Source of the DNA: an uncultured Anaerotruncus sp.
GTDB lineage: Bacteria; Bacillota; Clostridia; Oscillospirales; CAG-272
NCBI GenBank assembly: GCA_905210995.1
Contig: CAJLZE010000002.1
Span: forward strand, 6,179-70,178
Direction: 5' to 3'
Length of the DNA: 64,000 nt
Each line of letters opens with the position of its first letter. Within the stretch, counting starts at the first letter, position 1. The notes beneath the pieces are model-generated. The model saw only the letters and a program-made list of their open reading frames with translations. It was not told the origin of the DNA and ran no database searches. Below, piece by piece: positions 1 to 9,425 of this stretch. Both the position numbers and the translations under genes were made by a program.

Positions 1-1169
1 AGCGACGCGGGAGCTTCCCTCATTGCGACAAAGATAGTCTGGCAGCTTCTTTGTATACCGAATACGAGCATGCCCGCCATGAATACCGGCATTGTACGCA
101 CAGTGAGGTCGATAAGCGCCTGATTATCGGTAAATATCTGTGCGAAAAATCCGGGGAACAGCATAGAGGAGAGCACAAATGCAAAGTTATAAGTCACCAT
201 GACTCCGAATATCACCTTTATACCCTTGACAACGCGTTCACGGTTACCCGCACCGTAGTTGTAGCTAATCACCGGGGTGACGCCCTGAGTGAATCCGCTC
301 ATAGGTGTACTCACGAATTGCATAACGCTCTGCATCACGGTCAGGCAACCCACGTATGCGTCGCCGCCGTATTTCTGGAGCCCGCTGTTCATAACAAAGC
401 CTATAAGACTCTCGGTGCTTGACATTACGAACGGAGATATTCCTATCGCAGCTATCGATCCCAGCACACGGAAATCGACCCTGAGATTTTTCGGTTTTAT
501 GGTGATGGAATCCGCTTTCTTGCAAAGGAATATCATGAACCATACGGCGCTTACCGTCTGAGACATGACGGTGGCGATCGCCGCGCCGCGTACACCCATT
601 GAGAATATATTCACGAAGAGCCAGTCGAGCACGATGTTGGTCAGCGCCGAGGCAACGGTGGCGACCATCACAAGCTTAGAACGTCCCTGGGCGACTATAA
701 ACGGCGCAAGTCCCATGGTGAGAAGTACTGCGACAGTCCCGAGCAGATATATCGAAAGATAATCCGTAGCATATGTATATGTAGCTTCGCTGGCACCAAT
801 GGCATAAAGAAGCGGCTTCATTGATATAAAGACCGCCGTAGGCAGGATAACGGACAATGCCGTCAGCATTGTAACGCAGTTACCGAGTATCTTTTCTGCC
901 TTGTCGCGGTCGCCTCTGCCGAGCGCTATCGCCGCAAGAGGAGCGCCGCCGTTACCGAAAAAGGCGCTGAATGCCGAAATGATGACGATGATGGGGTGGA
1001 CCACGCCGACACCGGTGAGGGCGGTATTGCCGACCTCCGGTATATGCCCGATGAATATGCGGTCAACAATGTTGTAGAGTAGGTTGACCAGTTGAGCCGT
1101 TACCGTGGGCAATGCCATTCTGAATATGAGCCGTCCTACCGGTTCTTTGCCGAGTTTGTCGCTTTCCAT
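1..1169 (-). CDS. MATE family efflux transporter. The N-terminal part is in the window; the 3' end runs off the left edge.
   Basis: The reverse translation from the ATG at 1169 reads MESDKLGKEPVGRLIFRMALPTVTAQLVNLLYNIVDRIFIGHIPEVGNTALTGVGV, a typical MATE N-terminus. The frame stays open to position 1. It is missing from the ORF track because there is no stop in the window. Confidence 0.85.
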   Translation of the reverse strand, partial: MESDKLGKEPVGRLIFRMALPTVTAQLVNLLYNIVDRIFIGHIPEVGNTALTGVGVVHPIIVIISAFSAFFGNGGAPLAAIALGRGDRDKAEKILGNCVTMLTALSVILPTAVFISMKPLLYAIGASEATYTYATDYLSIYLLGTVAVLLTMGLAPFIVAQGRSKLVMVATVASALTNIVLDWLFVNIFSMGVRGAAIATVMSQTVSAVWFMIFLCKKADSITIKPKNLRVDFRVLGSIAAIGISPFVMSSTESLIGFVMNSGLQKYGGDAYVGCLTVMQSVMQFVSTPMSGFTQGVTPVISYNYGAGNRERVVKGIKVIFGVMVTYNFAFVLSSMLFPGFFAQIFTDNQALIDLTVRTMPVFMAGMLVFGIQRSCQTIFVAMREAPAS

Positions 1170-1255
1170 AAATGAGTTTTCCTTTTCGTGTCATTTTGCA
1201 ATTTAATATCATTATATTATAACACTCAAAGTTTGATAAGTCAATATCGGCAAGC

Positions 1256-1295
1256 CGAAAACAGGGGCTACTGCGTAAAAACGCAGCAGCCCCTG
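1256..1295 (-). terminator. Rho-independent terminator after the DUF1854 gene
   Basis: 14-bp stem CAGGGGCTGCTGCG/CGCAGTAGCCCCTG (one wobble) with a 6-nt loop, followed on the minus strand by TTTTCGG. Confidence 0.75.
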
Positions 1296-1311
1296 TACGG
1301 GTAATTGTATA

Positions 1312-1797
1312 TCAAAGGAAGCTCGAGATGAGTATCCAGCTCTTGCGGTCAAGCGCCGCAAGGCTTTCTATCTCATATCTGTTGTCGCTCGAATCGCGTA
1401 TTATCACGCGATCCTCGGGATATACCTTCATATCGCTGTGTCGGTTGCGGATCCTGAATTTTATAGGTCCGTGATCTGTTTCGACCTTCATGATAAGTGC
1501 ACCGGTTGCATCCGAGCATTCAATGATCTTTGTTATCTTCGGAATGAGATAATAATCGTTAAAGCATGCCTTTACCGCCGCAGCCGATTCTGGCGTAATG
1601 TCGTCATAGCTCCTTATCATGGCTATCTCTTTTTCTTTTTTGTCGATAAGGGAGATGTAATGATCTCTGTCTGAAATGGGGAAGAGCCTGCGAAGCTCTA
1701 CCTCGTCGTATTCTGTGCCGTCGCCGAGAGTGAGCGATACATTGAAAACATCGGTAAGTTCTATTTTTGCCGATTTATCGAGAAATTTCATTGACAT
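1312..1797 (-). CDS. DUF1854 domain protein, partner of the upstream ABC exporter
   Basis: The ORF is MSMKFLDKSAKIELTDVFNVSL...LFPISDRDHYISLIDKKEKEIAMIRSYDDI. GGAGGTG lies 6 nt upstream of the ATG at 1797, inside the 3' end of the ABC gene. I recognise the family by recollection of DUF1854 proteins encoded next to ABC exporters. Confidence 0.75.
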   Translation of the reverse strand: MSMKFLDKSAKIELTDVFNVSLTLGDGTEYDEVELRRLFPISDRDHYISLIDKKEKEIAMIRSYDDITPESAAAVKACFNDYYLIPKITKIIECSDATGALIMKVETDHGPIKFRIRNRHSDMKVYPEDRVIIRDSSDNRYEIESLAALDRKSWILISSFL

Positions 1798-1811
1798 TGC
1801 GGTCACCTCCG

Positions 1812-4067
1812 TCAATCAAAGCGGCTTTCCGCTTTGGCGCGTGTCAGCTTGTCCGACATCGACTGTATTTCAACGAGCCGGTAGTACTTGCCCTTGGCGG
1901 CAAGCAGCTCTTCGGGTGAACCGCATTCGATTATCTCGCCGTTGTCGACAACAACGATCTTGTTCGCCTTGCTGAGCGTGGAAAGTCTGTGCGCGATCAT
2001 AATCGTGGTCCTGCCGGAGATCAGCCGTTCGATAGCCTCCTGTATCAGGTGCTCGGTCTCGGAGTCGACGGAAGCGGTCGCTTCGTCAAACACCAGAATG
2101 CTCGGGTTTTTGAGCACCGCGCGGGCTATTGAGACTCGCTGACGTTCACCGCCCGAAAGTCCTACGCCGCGTTCGCCGAGAACGGCATCATAGCCGTCGG
2201 GCTGGCGAACGATAAACTCGTGAGCGTTGGCAACATCGGCAGCCTGAAGCACACGCTCCACGGGACAGTTTTCGATCCCGTATGCGATATTGTTGAATAT
2301 CGTATCGTGGAACATGAGCGGTTCCTGCTGAACAAATCCTATCTGACCGCGGTAATACTGCATATCAATGTCCTTGATATTGACGCCGTCAACATAAATT
2401 TCTCCGTCGTAATGGTCGTAATAACGCATAAAGAGATTTATAAGTGTGGATTTGCCCGAGCCTGTCGTTCCGACGATACCAACTATATCTCCGGGGTTTA
2501 TCGTCAGATTGATATTTTTAAGCGTCTTTTTGGTGCGGTCAAATGAAAAGCTGACGTTTTTGAACTCGATCTTTCCCTTTATGCCGGGAAGAACATGACC
2601 CTTTCCGAAGTCGTGCTCCGGCTCAGCGTCAAGAATATCAAGTATTCTTTCGGACGATGCCAACGCCGACTGATAGGAATCATACAGATTGGCGAAGAAG
2701 TTCACCGGTCCGTAGAACATCGACGCATACGAGATAAACGAAACGAGAAGACCCGGGGTAAGCTCGGCACTGCCGTTTATGACCATTCGTCCGCCGAATA
2801 CCCAGATCATCACCGATCCGATGCTTATAAGCGTGTTAACTATCGCCGGGAACGCATTGAGTATCGCCGCGGCGCTTGCGTCGGTATTGTACCATTCCTG
2901 GTTTTCTTTTTTGAACCGTTTTGCCGCGCCTTCCTCATTTGTAAATGATTTGACGACGCGTATGCCGGGGATCGTATCCGTAAGCACAGACGCGACAGCC
3001 GTCCAGCGGCGCCATATGCGCAAATAGAACGGTCTTATCTTTTTCCCGAATATACGTGCACCGATAACGACAAGCGGCACGGGTATGAGGGAAAGGAGCG
3101 TAAGCCTGGGGTTCATGATGAGCATCACAACTATGATGCCTATCATTTTGAAGAATTCGACCACGACCTCCTGCGTTATACGCAGCATGAAACCGAGAAG
3201 TGTGTTGCTGTCTCCGCTTATACGGTTGATGACCGCACCGGTGGAGGTCTTGTCGTAAAAGCGCATCGGAAGATACTGCGCTTTTTCAAAAACATCATTG
3301 CGGAGGTTAAGTATTATCCTGTCGCCCGCCTTGCGAAGCACGGTGCCGCGTACGGCGCCTATAAGATGAGTCATGATATGCAAAGCGACAAGCCCTATCG
3401 CAACATATGTCAGCTTTTCCGCATTTCTGTTGGGTAGTATGTCGTCAACAAGGCTCTTGGTGAGCATCGGCGGGATAAGGGAAAGAGATGTCGACGTAAC
3501 TGCTAGCAGGATCGAAAACACAAGCTGTTTTATCTCGGGTATCAGATACTTGCCGAGCTTTGCCACGACCTTTTTCTTGCTTGCGCAATGTATGCAGGTG
3601 GCGCCCGGGGACGACAGTGTTCTGCCGCACTTCGGGCAGACAGAAAGCTGCTTTTCGTAAACAGCCTTCATGCAGTCGTAGGCTTCATCTACGTTACCGC
3701 CCGATGAGACGGTGCCTATGAACCCCGCGGCGGCTTCACTGAGGGCGTTGACGCTGAATGTGTAACGGAAGATGTTCACCGTCTCTCCGCTCTTCAGCTT
3801 GAGTCGGAGAAGGGCGTTGCCGTACATACGCTTGTTCTGAGCCGATTCGACTTCATCAAGCGCAACGGACCTGCCGAAGTGGTCGGTGTCGATCTCGTAG
3901 GTGTCGATCTTTTTCTCACTTACGAGCAGCACGTTGCGGCAATATTCGGATTTGACCGAAATATCGCCCACTATGGCAAAAAGGTAGGGGAATGCCGGGT
4001 CTTCACGGGAGCGAAGCTTTTTCATTTCTTCATCGCTCAAAGCCGTGTTGATCAAGAGTTCTTTCAT
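1812..4067 (-). CDS. Fused ABC exporter (TMD-NBD) with a roughly 170-aa N-terminal cytoplasmic domain that contains a C4 zinc ribbon
   Basis: Walker A GTTGSGKST, signature LSGGERQR and Walker B ILVFDEATS are present, with a six-helix exporter TMD. The N-terminal extension carries CPKCGRTLSSPGATCIHC. Confidence 0.9.
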   Translation of the reverse strand: MKELLINTALSDEEMKKLRSREDPAFPYLFAIVGDISVKSEYCRNVLLVSEKKIDTYEIDTDHFGRSVALDEVESAQNKRMYGNALLRLKLKSGETVNIFRYTFSVNALSEAAAGFIGTVSSGGNVDEAYDCMKAVYEKQLSVCPKCGRTLSSPGATCIHCASKKKVVAKLGKYLIPEIKQLVFSILLAVTSTSLSLIPPMLTKSLVDDILPNRNAEKLTYVAIGLVALHIMTHLIGAVRGTVLRKAGDRIILNLRNDVFEKAQYLPMRFYDKTSTGAVINRISGDSNTLLGFMLRITQEVVVEFFKMIGIIVVMLIMNPRLTLLSLIPVPLVVIGARIFGKKIRPFYLRIWRRWTAVASVLTDTIPGIRVVKSFTNEEGAAKRFKKENQEWYNTDASAAAILNAFPAIVNTLISIGSVMIWVFGGRMVINGSAELTPGLLVSFISYASMFYGPVNFFANLYDSYQSALASSERILDILDAEPEHDFGKGHVLPGIKGKIEFKNVSFSFDRTKKTLKNINLTINPGDIVGIVGTTGSGKSTLINLFMRYYDHYDGEIYVDGVNIKDIDMQYYRGQIGFVQQEPLMFHDTIFNNIAYGIENCPVERVLQAADVANAHEFIVRQPDGYDAVLGERGVGLSGGERQRVSIARAVLKNPSILVFDEATASVDSETEHLIQEAIERLISGRTTIMIAHRLSTLSKANKIVVVDNGEIIECGSPEELLAAKGKYYRLVEIQSMSDKLTRAKAESRFD

Positions 4068-4250
4068 TGCTCTGTTTTACGGCGTGTCGTGCCGGCATGA
4101 CACGAACTGCGCCGGCGGGATGCCTCACCGCACCTTGAGATGATAAGCGCCGGCCCGAACGGTCGTCCGTGACGCACGGGGATGCTTTTTGTCTTTGCTG
4201 TCATTTGCGGCGGCGTTGTTGTCCGATATTTCCGCTGAAAATATCAACTA

Positions 4251-4279
4251 ATTTTATCATCAAAAATAACGGGTGTCAA
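4251..4279 (-). promoter_or_regulatory. Sigma-A-type promoter for the ABC/DUF1854 operon
   Basis: Minus strand reads TTGACA, a 17-nt spacer, then TAAAAT. It lies about 185 nt upstream of the ATG at 4067. Confidence 0.55.
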
Positions 4280-4407
4280 CAAAAACCGTGATTTATAGTC
4301 AAAATGCCCAATTATTCATTCACAAATAACAAATATCAAGCGCAACAGAGCATGCGCATGATGCAACTATTACAAAATAATTTCCGAAAAAACTTTTTGC
4401 GTCGTTG

Positions 4408-4881
4408 TTATGCGCGCCTTTTCCGGGCGGCACGCGATCTCCCCGGGCGTTTGATGCGAGGTCTTGCGAGGTATGCTCCGAGCATGTATGCGGCAAATAC
4501 ACCGGCGTGAAGCAGCAATTTTAAAAGGAGCGAATACCTGTAATGTTCGGACTGAAAGACCGAAACGATAAGCATAAGTGCGCTCTGTACGGCTCCGGCT
4601 ATTGCGGATTCGGCAAGGGCCGTCCTGTGCGCACGGTGCGAACATACGATCCCACCCGCCAATGCGCCTATGTAAAGCGCTGCCGCAGAAAGAGGGAATG
4701 CAATCGAGTCCGGATCCTCCGACGAATATGCGACAAAAGCCGCCAGAAGCAGGGCAATGAGCCCCGAGAGCACCGACACCGCCGCGCCGGTCAGCGAGGT
4801 AATCCACAGTCCGGCGCCGGCAGGAGCTCCGCGACGTTTCCTATCCGACACAGTAACAGCTTTTCCGCCGGATCTATCCAT
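4408..4881 (-). CDS. Hypothetical polytopic membrane protein
   Basis: The ORF from the internal Met is MDRSGGKAVTVSDRKRR..., followed by 4 predicted hydrophobic helices and a basic C-terminal tail. I recognise no catalytic motifs. Confidence 0.6.
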   Translation of the reverse strand: MDRSGGKAVTVSDRKRRGAPAGAGLWITSLTGAAVSVLSGLIALLLAAFVAYSSEDPDSIAFPLSAAALYIGALAGGIVCSHRAHRTALAESAIAGAVQSALMLIVSVFQSEHYRYSLLLKLLLHAGVFAAYMLGAYLARPRIKRPGRSRAARKRRA

Positions 4882-4997
4882 AAAACAGTACCAACCTTTC
4901 CATCTGATATTCACATGGAATTCTATGTACCGAAAATAAAAAATATTACGCCCGCTAACCGTCGTTCGGTCAGCGGGCGTAATATTTATCAAGAAAA

Positions 4998-5417
4998 TTA
5001 TTTATCCGATTTCTGATCCTTGGCTTCGTCTTCCTTGGCTTTTTTCTTGTCGGACTTGGCGTCGCTCTTGTCCTTCTTTGAATCGGAAGACTTGTCGTCA
5101 TTGCCGCCGTTTACGGGAACGGTGACTCTGGATATCGCGCTCTTCAGAATGTGAAGACGTGTGCGGTCGCGGCTGGTAACGATCGTTACGGTGTCCTCAC
5201 TGCTGATGGCAATGATGATACCGATTATTCCGCCGATCGTAACAATCTCATCGCCTACCGCGAGATTGTTGCGCATTTCGTTAGTTTCTTTTTCCTGCTT
5301 GCGCTGGGGACGGATGAAGAAGAAATAGAATACCGCCAGCATGAGAACGATCATTAAGACCGTGGTCCACATGCTTGCAGGATTGCTTGTGGCTTCTGAT
5401 GTCAAGAAAACAGGCAT
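4998..5417 (-). CDS. yajC: Preprotein translocase subunit YajC with a Lys/Asp/Ser-rich C-terminal tail
   Basis: The core FFFIRPQRKQEKETNEMRNNLAVGDEIVTIGGIIG is a YajC signature. A GGAGG RBS lies 8 nt before the ATG at 5417. Confidence 0.85.
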   Translation of the reverse strand: MPVFLTSEATSNPASMWTTVLMIVLMLAVFYFFFIRPQRKQEKETNEMRNNLAVGDEIVTIGGIIGIIIAISSEDTVTIVTSRDRTRLHILKSAISRVTVPVNGGNDDKSSDSKKDKSDAKSDKKKAKEDEAKDQKSDK

Positions 5418-5527
5418 ATTGTGATCCTCCGGATGAAATATTACCCACATTATACACCGTTTTGTTCGCCGTTTCAATAACGAATTGTAAACTATTGCGT
5501 TTCAGGTGCAAAAAACGTCCGCTAATA

Positions 5528-5556
5528 TTGAAAAAAATATATGAATGTGATATACT
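5528..5556 (+). promoter_or_regulatory. Sigma-A-type promoter upstream of rimM
   Basis: TTGAAA, a 17-nt spacer ending in TGA (TGn-type extended -10), then TATACT. Confidence 0.5.
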
Positions 5557-5610
5557 ATCTGTAACGAACAAAGGGAATTATATCCTCCCTGCCGATAATC
5601 AAGGAGTCAC

Positions 5611-6147
5611 ATGGGATCTGACACTACCTACGTCCGGCATGTTCCGGCGGAATATCTCGAATGCGGAAAGATAATAAATATACACGGGCTTGACGGAACC
5701 GTTAAGCTCGAATCGTGGTGCGACACGCCGGACGTTCTCGCGTCGCTTCCGTGCATTTACTTTGCTGAGAACGGTGCCTACCGCCGATGCACGATCATGC
5801 GTGCGTCGGTGCAGAAGCGCTTTGTGCTTGCACACCTCGAGGGGACCGATACTCCCGAGGATGCCGAAAAGCTGCGCGGCTTGACCGTTTACGCCGCGCG
5901 TAACGACCTTCCAGTACCGGAAGGTGCACATTTTATAGCGGACCTTATCGGACTGCCGGTCATTGATGCCGACACGGGCAGGGAATACGGTGTCCTTACC
6001 GATGTTTTTAATGCGGGAGCCTCGGACATTTACTGCATAGCAACGCCGGACGGCGAACGGATGATGCCTGCCGTGCCCGAATTCGTCATATCGGTCGATA
6101 TCGAAAGCGCGATACGCGTGCGCCCGATAGAGGGAATGTTTGATTGA
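5611..6147 (+). CDS. rimM: 16S rRNA processing protein RimM
   Basis: EYLECGKIINIHGLDGTVKLESW matches the RimM N-terminal barrel. There is a C-terminal PRC-barrel-like region, an AAGGAG RBS, and trmD follows directly. Confidence 0.85.
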   Translation: MGSDTTYVRHVPAEYLECGKIINIHGLDGTVKLESWCDTPDVLASLPCIYFAENGAYRRCTIMRASVQKRFVLAHLEGTDTPEDAEKLRGLTVYAARNDLPVPEGAHFIADLIGLPVIDADTGREYGVLTDVFNAGASDIYCIATPDGERMMPAVPEFVISVDIESAIRVRPIEGMFD

Positions 6148-6854
6148 TGATGAGATTCGATATAATGACCCTTTTCCCCGAGCTTGTCGACAGGGTACTG
6201 TCCGAGAGTATAATCGGCAGAGCACGCAGGAGCGGGGCTATTGAGGTCAACGTATACAATATCCGTGATTACAGCGAAGACAAAAACCGCCGCGTGGATG
6301 ATACACCCTACGGGGGCGGAAAGGGAATGCTCATGGCGGCACCTCCAATCTTCAATTGTTATGAGTCTGTAAGACGCTCCGTCCCGGAGTGGGAAAGTCT
6401 GCGCACGCGGGTCATATTCATGTCGCCGAAGGGAAGTGTGCTGAAGCAGGCGCGCGCAGTCGGATTGGCAGAAAACTATGACAGACTTATCATACTCTGC
6501 GGTCATTACGAGGGTGTGGATCAGCGGATAATAGACGAAATAGTCGACGAGGAGATATCCGTGGGCGATTATGTGCTGACGGGCGGAGAGATACCCGCCT
6601 GCATACTTGTAGATGCCGTGGCAAGGACCGTTCCCGGCGTTTTGCCTGCGCCCGAATGCTTTGAAAGCGAAAGCCTATCGGACGGGCTGCTCGAATACCC
6701 TCAGTATACCCGACCATATGAATTTCACGGCGTAAAGGTACCCGATGTACTGATCTCGGGGCATCACGCCAATATCGATCGCTGGAGAGCCGAAAAAGCG
6801 GCTGAAATGACCGCAAAGATGCGTCCGGATCTTCTTGACGGCAAAGAAGACTGA
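6147..6854 (+). CDS. trmD: tRNA (guanine37-N1)-methyltransferase TrmD
   Basis: MRFDIMTLFPELV..., YGGGKGMLM and the LLEYPQYTRP motifs are present. The start overlaps the rimM stop (TGATG). Confidence 0.9.
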   Translation: MMRFDIMTLFPELVDRVLSESIIGRARRSGAIEVNVYNIRDYSEDKNRRVDDTPYGGGKGMLMAAPPIFNCYESVRRSVPEWESLRTRVIFMSPKGSVLKQARAVGLAENYDRLIILCGHYEGVDQRIIDEIVDEEISVGDYVLTGGEIPACILVDAVARTVPGVLPAPECFESESLSDGLLEYPQYTRPYEFHGVKVPDVLISGHHANIDRWRAEKAAEMTAKMRPDLLDGKED

Positions 6855-6898
6855 GTTCGCATATATTTCACAATGCACGAAAGGAGGAACACACCTGT

Positions 6899-8872
6899 AT
6901 GCCGGAAACGAAAGAAAGAAGACCTGAAAACGATCGTCACGCCAAGGAGAAAAACGAAAGTGTTTTCGGTTCTCTGTGCGACAAATGCAGCGAACAGACC
7001 GAGAACGGTATTATCGGTTCCTTCATGACGTCATATTCCGATAAAAAAGAAAAATTCGATTCCTCCGTCATAGCCGCCGCGGTCCGCCATGCCACGCACG
7101 GACGCGGTATTGTCCGACGCGCGAAGCGTCTTATCGCGCGATGCTTTGAGAAATCCATTTTCATGAATCTCGCGGAGCAGTTAAAGACAAAGGCACTTGG
7201 CTGCCCGGCAAAGACATACGGTGCATTTTTTGCCACATTCGGAATATACACATCGCTGATATTCCTTATAAAAAAGTATGCTCTGTTTGCGACAGCTGCA
7301 TCGTTTCGCGACCTTTTCTGCGGGATCGCGCTCATTATACTGGCTTTGCCGCTGCTTTTCAGCACAAAAACGCTTTCGGCGGCACTCGGCAGCAGTGTTC
7401 TGATACGTGCTCTGCTTTCCGATGTGCGCGGAGCTTCGGCCGCGGGACGCCGTACACGTACTGCAGTATCCGGAGCGGTTCGCAGCTGGGCGATCATTGC
7501 GGGAATTGCCGCGGGAATGCTGACGTATTTCATTCCTCCGTATATATTCCTGCTTGCTTTGTTCCTTGTTGTACTGATCTCATTGCTTCTGGCATATCCC
7601 GAGTCCGGGGTTTCGCTTGCGCTGCTTACCGCACCGTTCCTCAGTATCACGGGACATCCGTCGGCGATACTTGCAGCCGTCACACTTCTGTCGGCTGTGG
7701 GATATACGATAAAGCTTCTCCGCGGCAAACGAACGATGGTGTTCGGTCCCGCAGAGGCTGCCGTTACGGCATTCCTTCTGCTTACGTTGGCGGGCGGATT
7801 TTTTATTCCCGGTGGCGGCGATCCCACCGAAGCCATTCTGCGCGTCTCCATGATGCTTGTTTACTTTCTTGCGGTCAATACCGTGAAGAACAGACAAAGA
7901 CTCGTTGCCTGTATAAGACTTGTGTTGATCTCGGCGACACTTATTTCATTTGCGGGTATAGCGCAGTATATGCTCGGTCAAGCCACTTACGATTGGCTTG
8001 ACAGCAGCCTGTTTGCCGATATTGCCGGCCGCAGCACATCTGTTTTTTCCAACCCGAACACACTTGCGTATTTCATCATAACCGTATTCCCGCTGTCTCT
8101 TGCCGCATTTGTGCTCGGAAGCGATGCCCGCAGCAGGTTTATTGCCGGATTTTCGGCACTTTCGCTGCTTCTTTGTACGGTCGTGACATGGTCGCGCGGA
8201 GCATGGATAGGTCTTGCAGTCTCGGCATTCATGTTTATGCTGATGATGACGCCGCGCGCGATCGCCGTCGTTCCGGCAGCAACCACTGCCGTGTCTCTCG
8301 CATGCATCCTCCTTCCGAATACACTCGGCGCGCGGATCGACAGCATAATCTCTCTTTCGGACAGTGCAAACTACTACCGCGTCAGGATATGGAACGGAGT
8401 ATGCCGCATCATAGGCAGATATTCCGGCGGAGGCATCGGTATCGGCGAGGATGTTTTCACGCAGGTCTATGTCCGTGTCGCAGCTCCCGAGGTATGGCAC
8501 GCTTCTCACGCGCACAGCCTGTGGCTTCAAACGCTGACAGAGCTCGGCATAGCGGGGCTTATTGTGTTTTTGACAGCGCTCGTTTTTATCTGGCAGAAGT
8601 CAGCCGAGTGCGTCAGGCTGTCGACCGATAAAAAACTGTCCGTTATGTGCGGCGGCTGCATCTGCGGTGTTATTGCGCTTACGATCTCGGGCTTTTTTGA
8701 CTTTGTGTGGTATAACAACACGGTGCTTTTCATGTTCTGGGCTGTTGCGGGTCTTGCATCCGCCGCTGCAGATATTCGGCTGCAGGAAATAAAAAGATCC
8801 GCTGCGGAGCGCAGCGCAGCCGAATCGAATGAAAAGGCTGCCGATGTCACGGTCCTGCTCGGACGTGAGTGA
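6899..8872 (+). CDS. O-antigen ligase / Wzy-like polytopic membrane protein with a roughly 90-aa cytoplasmic N-extension
   Basis: More than 10 hydrophobic helices are predicted. The Wzy_C-like block is TWSRGAWIGLAVSAF ... HAHSLWLQTLTELGIAGL. Confidence 0.75.
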   Translation: MPETKERRPENDRHAKEKNESVFGSLCDKCSEQTENGIIGSFMTSYSDKKEKFDSSVIAAAVRHATHGRGIVRRAKRLIARCFEKSIFMNLAEQLKTKALGCPAKTYGAFFATFGIYTSLIFLIKKYALFATAASFRDLFCGIALIILALPLLFSTKTLSAALGSSVLIRALLSDVRGASAAGRRTRTAVSGAVRSWAIIAGIAAGMLTYFIPPYIFLLALFLVVLISLLLAYPESGVSLALLTAPFLSITGHPSAILAAVTLLSAVGYTIKLLRGKRTMVFGPAEAAVTAFLLLTLAGGFFIPGGGDPTEAILRVSMMLVYFLAVNTVKNRQRLVACIRLVLISATLISFAGIAQYMLGQATYDWLDSSLFADIAGRSTSVFSNPNTLAYFIITVFPLSLAAFVLGSDARSRFIAGFSALSLLLCTVVTWSRGAWIGLAVSAFMFMLMMTPRAIAVVPAATTAVSLACILLPNTLGARIDSIISLSDSANYYRVRIWNGVCRIIGRYSGGGIGIGEDVFTQVYVRVAAPEVWHASHAHSLWLQTLTELGIAGLIVFLTALVFIWQKSAECVRLSTDKKLSVMCGGCICGVIALTISGFFDFVWYNNTVLFMFWAVAGLASAAADIRLQEIKRSAAERSAAESNEKAADVTVLLGRE

Positions 8873-8894
8873 TCTCAGGAAAGGAATCAATATC

Positions 8895-9425
8895 ATGAAA
8901 TCTTCTGACCGCGCGGCAGAAAAAGCGCCGCGTCGTTCCGGAAAACGGTTCAATGCACTCGACGCGTTGATAATAATCATCATTGTCGCGGTGCTTGCCG
9001 TCACATTGCTCGCATATCTTCCCGGCGGGATCCTGCGCCTTCCCGAAAAAAACAATGTCACCGTGACATACACGATCGAGGTAAAAGGTGTAAAGCGCGA
9101 ACTTGCCGCAGGTATCGCGGTGGACGATCCCGTTACAGAGAAAGGTACGTCGGTATCACTCGGAAATATAAGCGCTGAGGTAGAGGTCACACCGTACAGC
9201 ACTGTAAGGTATGATGCCGCCTCCGGAGAGGTCGTAACAGACGAATATCCCGGTCTTTCAACGCTGCTCATCACAGTTACGGCACAGGCGGGCTACGACA
9301 GCTCGCGCGGATATACGGTCAACGGCCGCCGCATAGCGATAGGTGCCGAATACGGTATAAGCCTGCCCGGCTTTGAGGGTACCGGTAGCTGCATAAGCAT
9401 TACCGAAACAGGAGGCTCAAAATGA
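8895..9425 (+). CDS. Membrane-anchored beta-rich protein, DUF4330-like
   Basis: An AGGAAAGGA RBS precedes the gene. An N-terminal basic segment is followed by the TM helix ALDALIIIIIVAVLAVTLLAYL and a beta-rich ectodomain. The family name is from recollection. Confidence 0.6.
   Translation: MKSSDRAAEKAPRRSGKRFNALDALIIIIIVAVLAVTLLAYLPGGILRLPEKNNVTVTYTIEVKGVKRELAAGIAVDDPVTEKGTSVSLGNISAEVEVTPYSTVRYDAASGEVVTDEYPGLSTLLITVTAQAGYDSSRGYTVNGRRIAIGAEYGISLPGFEGTGSCISITETGGSK

Noticed and set aside
4304-4510. 68-aa plus-strand ORF in the gap between the ABC operon promoter and the membrane-protein gene.
   Set aside because: It overlaps the 3' end of the minus-strand membrane-protein gene. It has no RBS and an Arg/Asn/Gln-rich composition with no predicted structure.
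6937-7851. 304-aa ORF on the minus strand, antisense to the Wzy-like gene.
   Set aside because: It is a shadow ORF typical of GC-rich coding regions. The translation is Arg/Ala/Ser/Pro-rich with no motifs and no RBS. The plus-strand frame encodes a coherent polytopic membrane protein.
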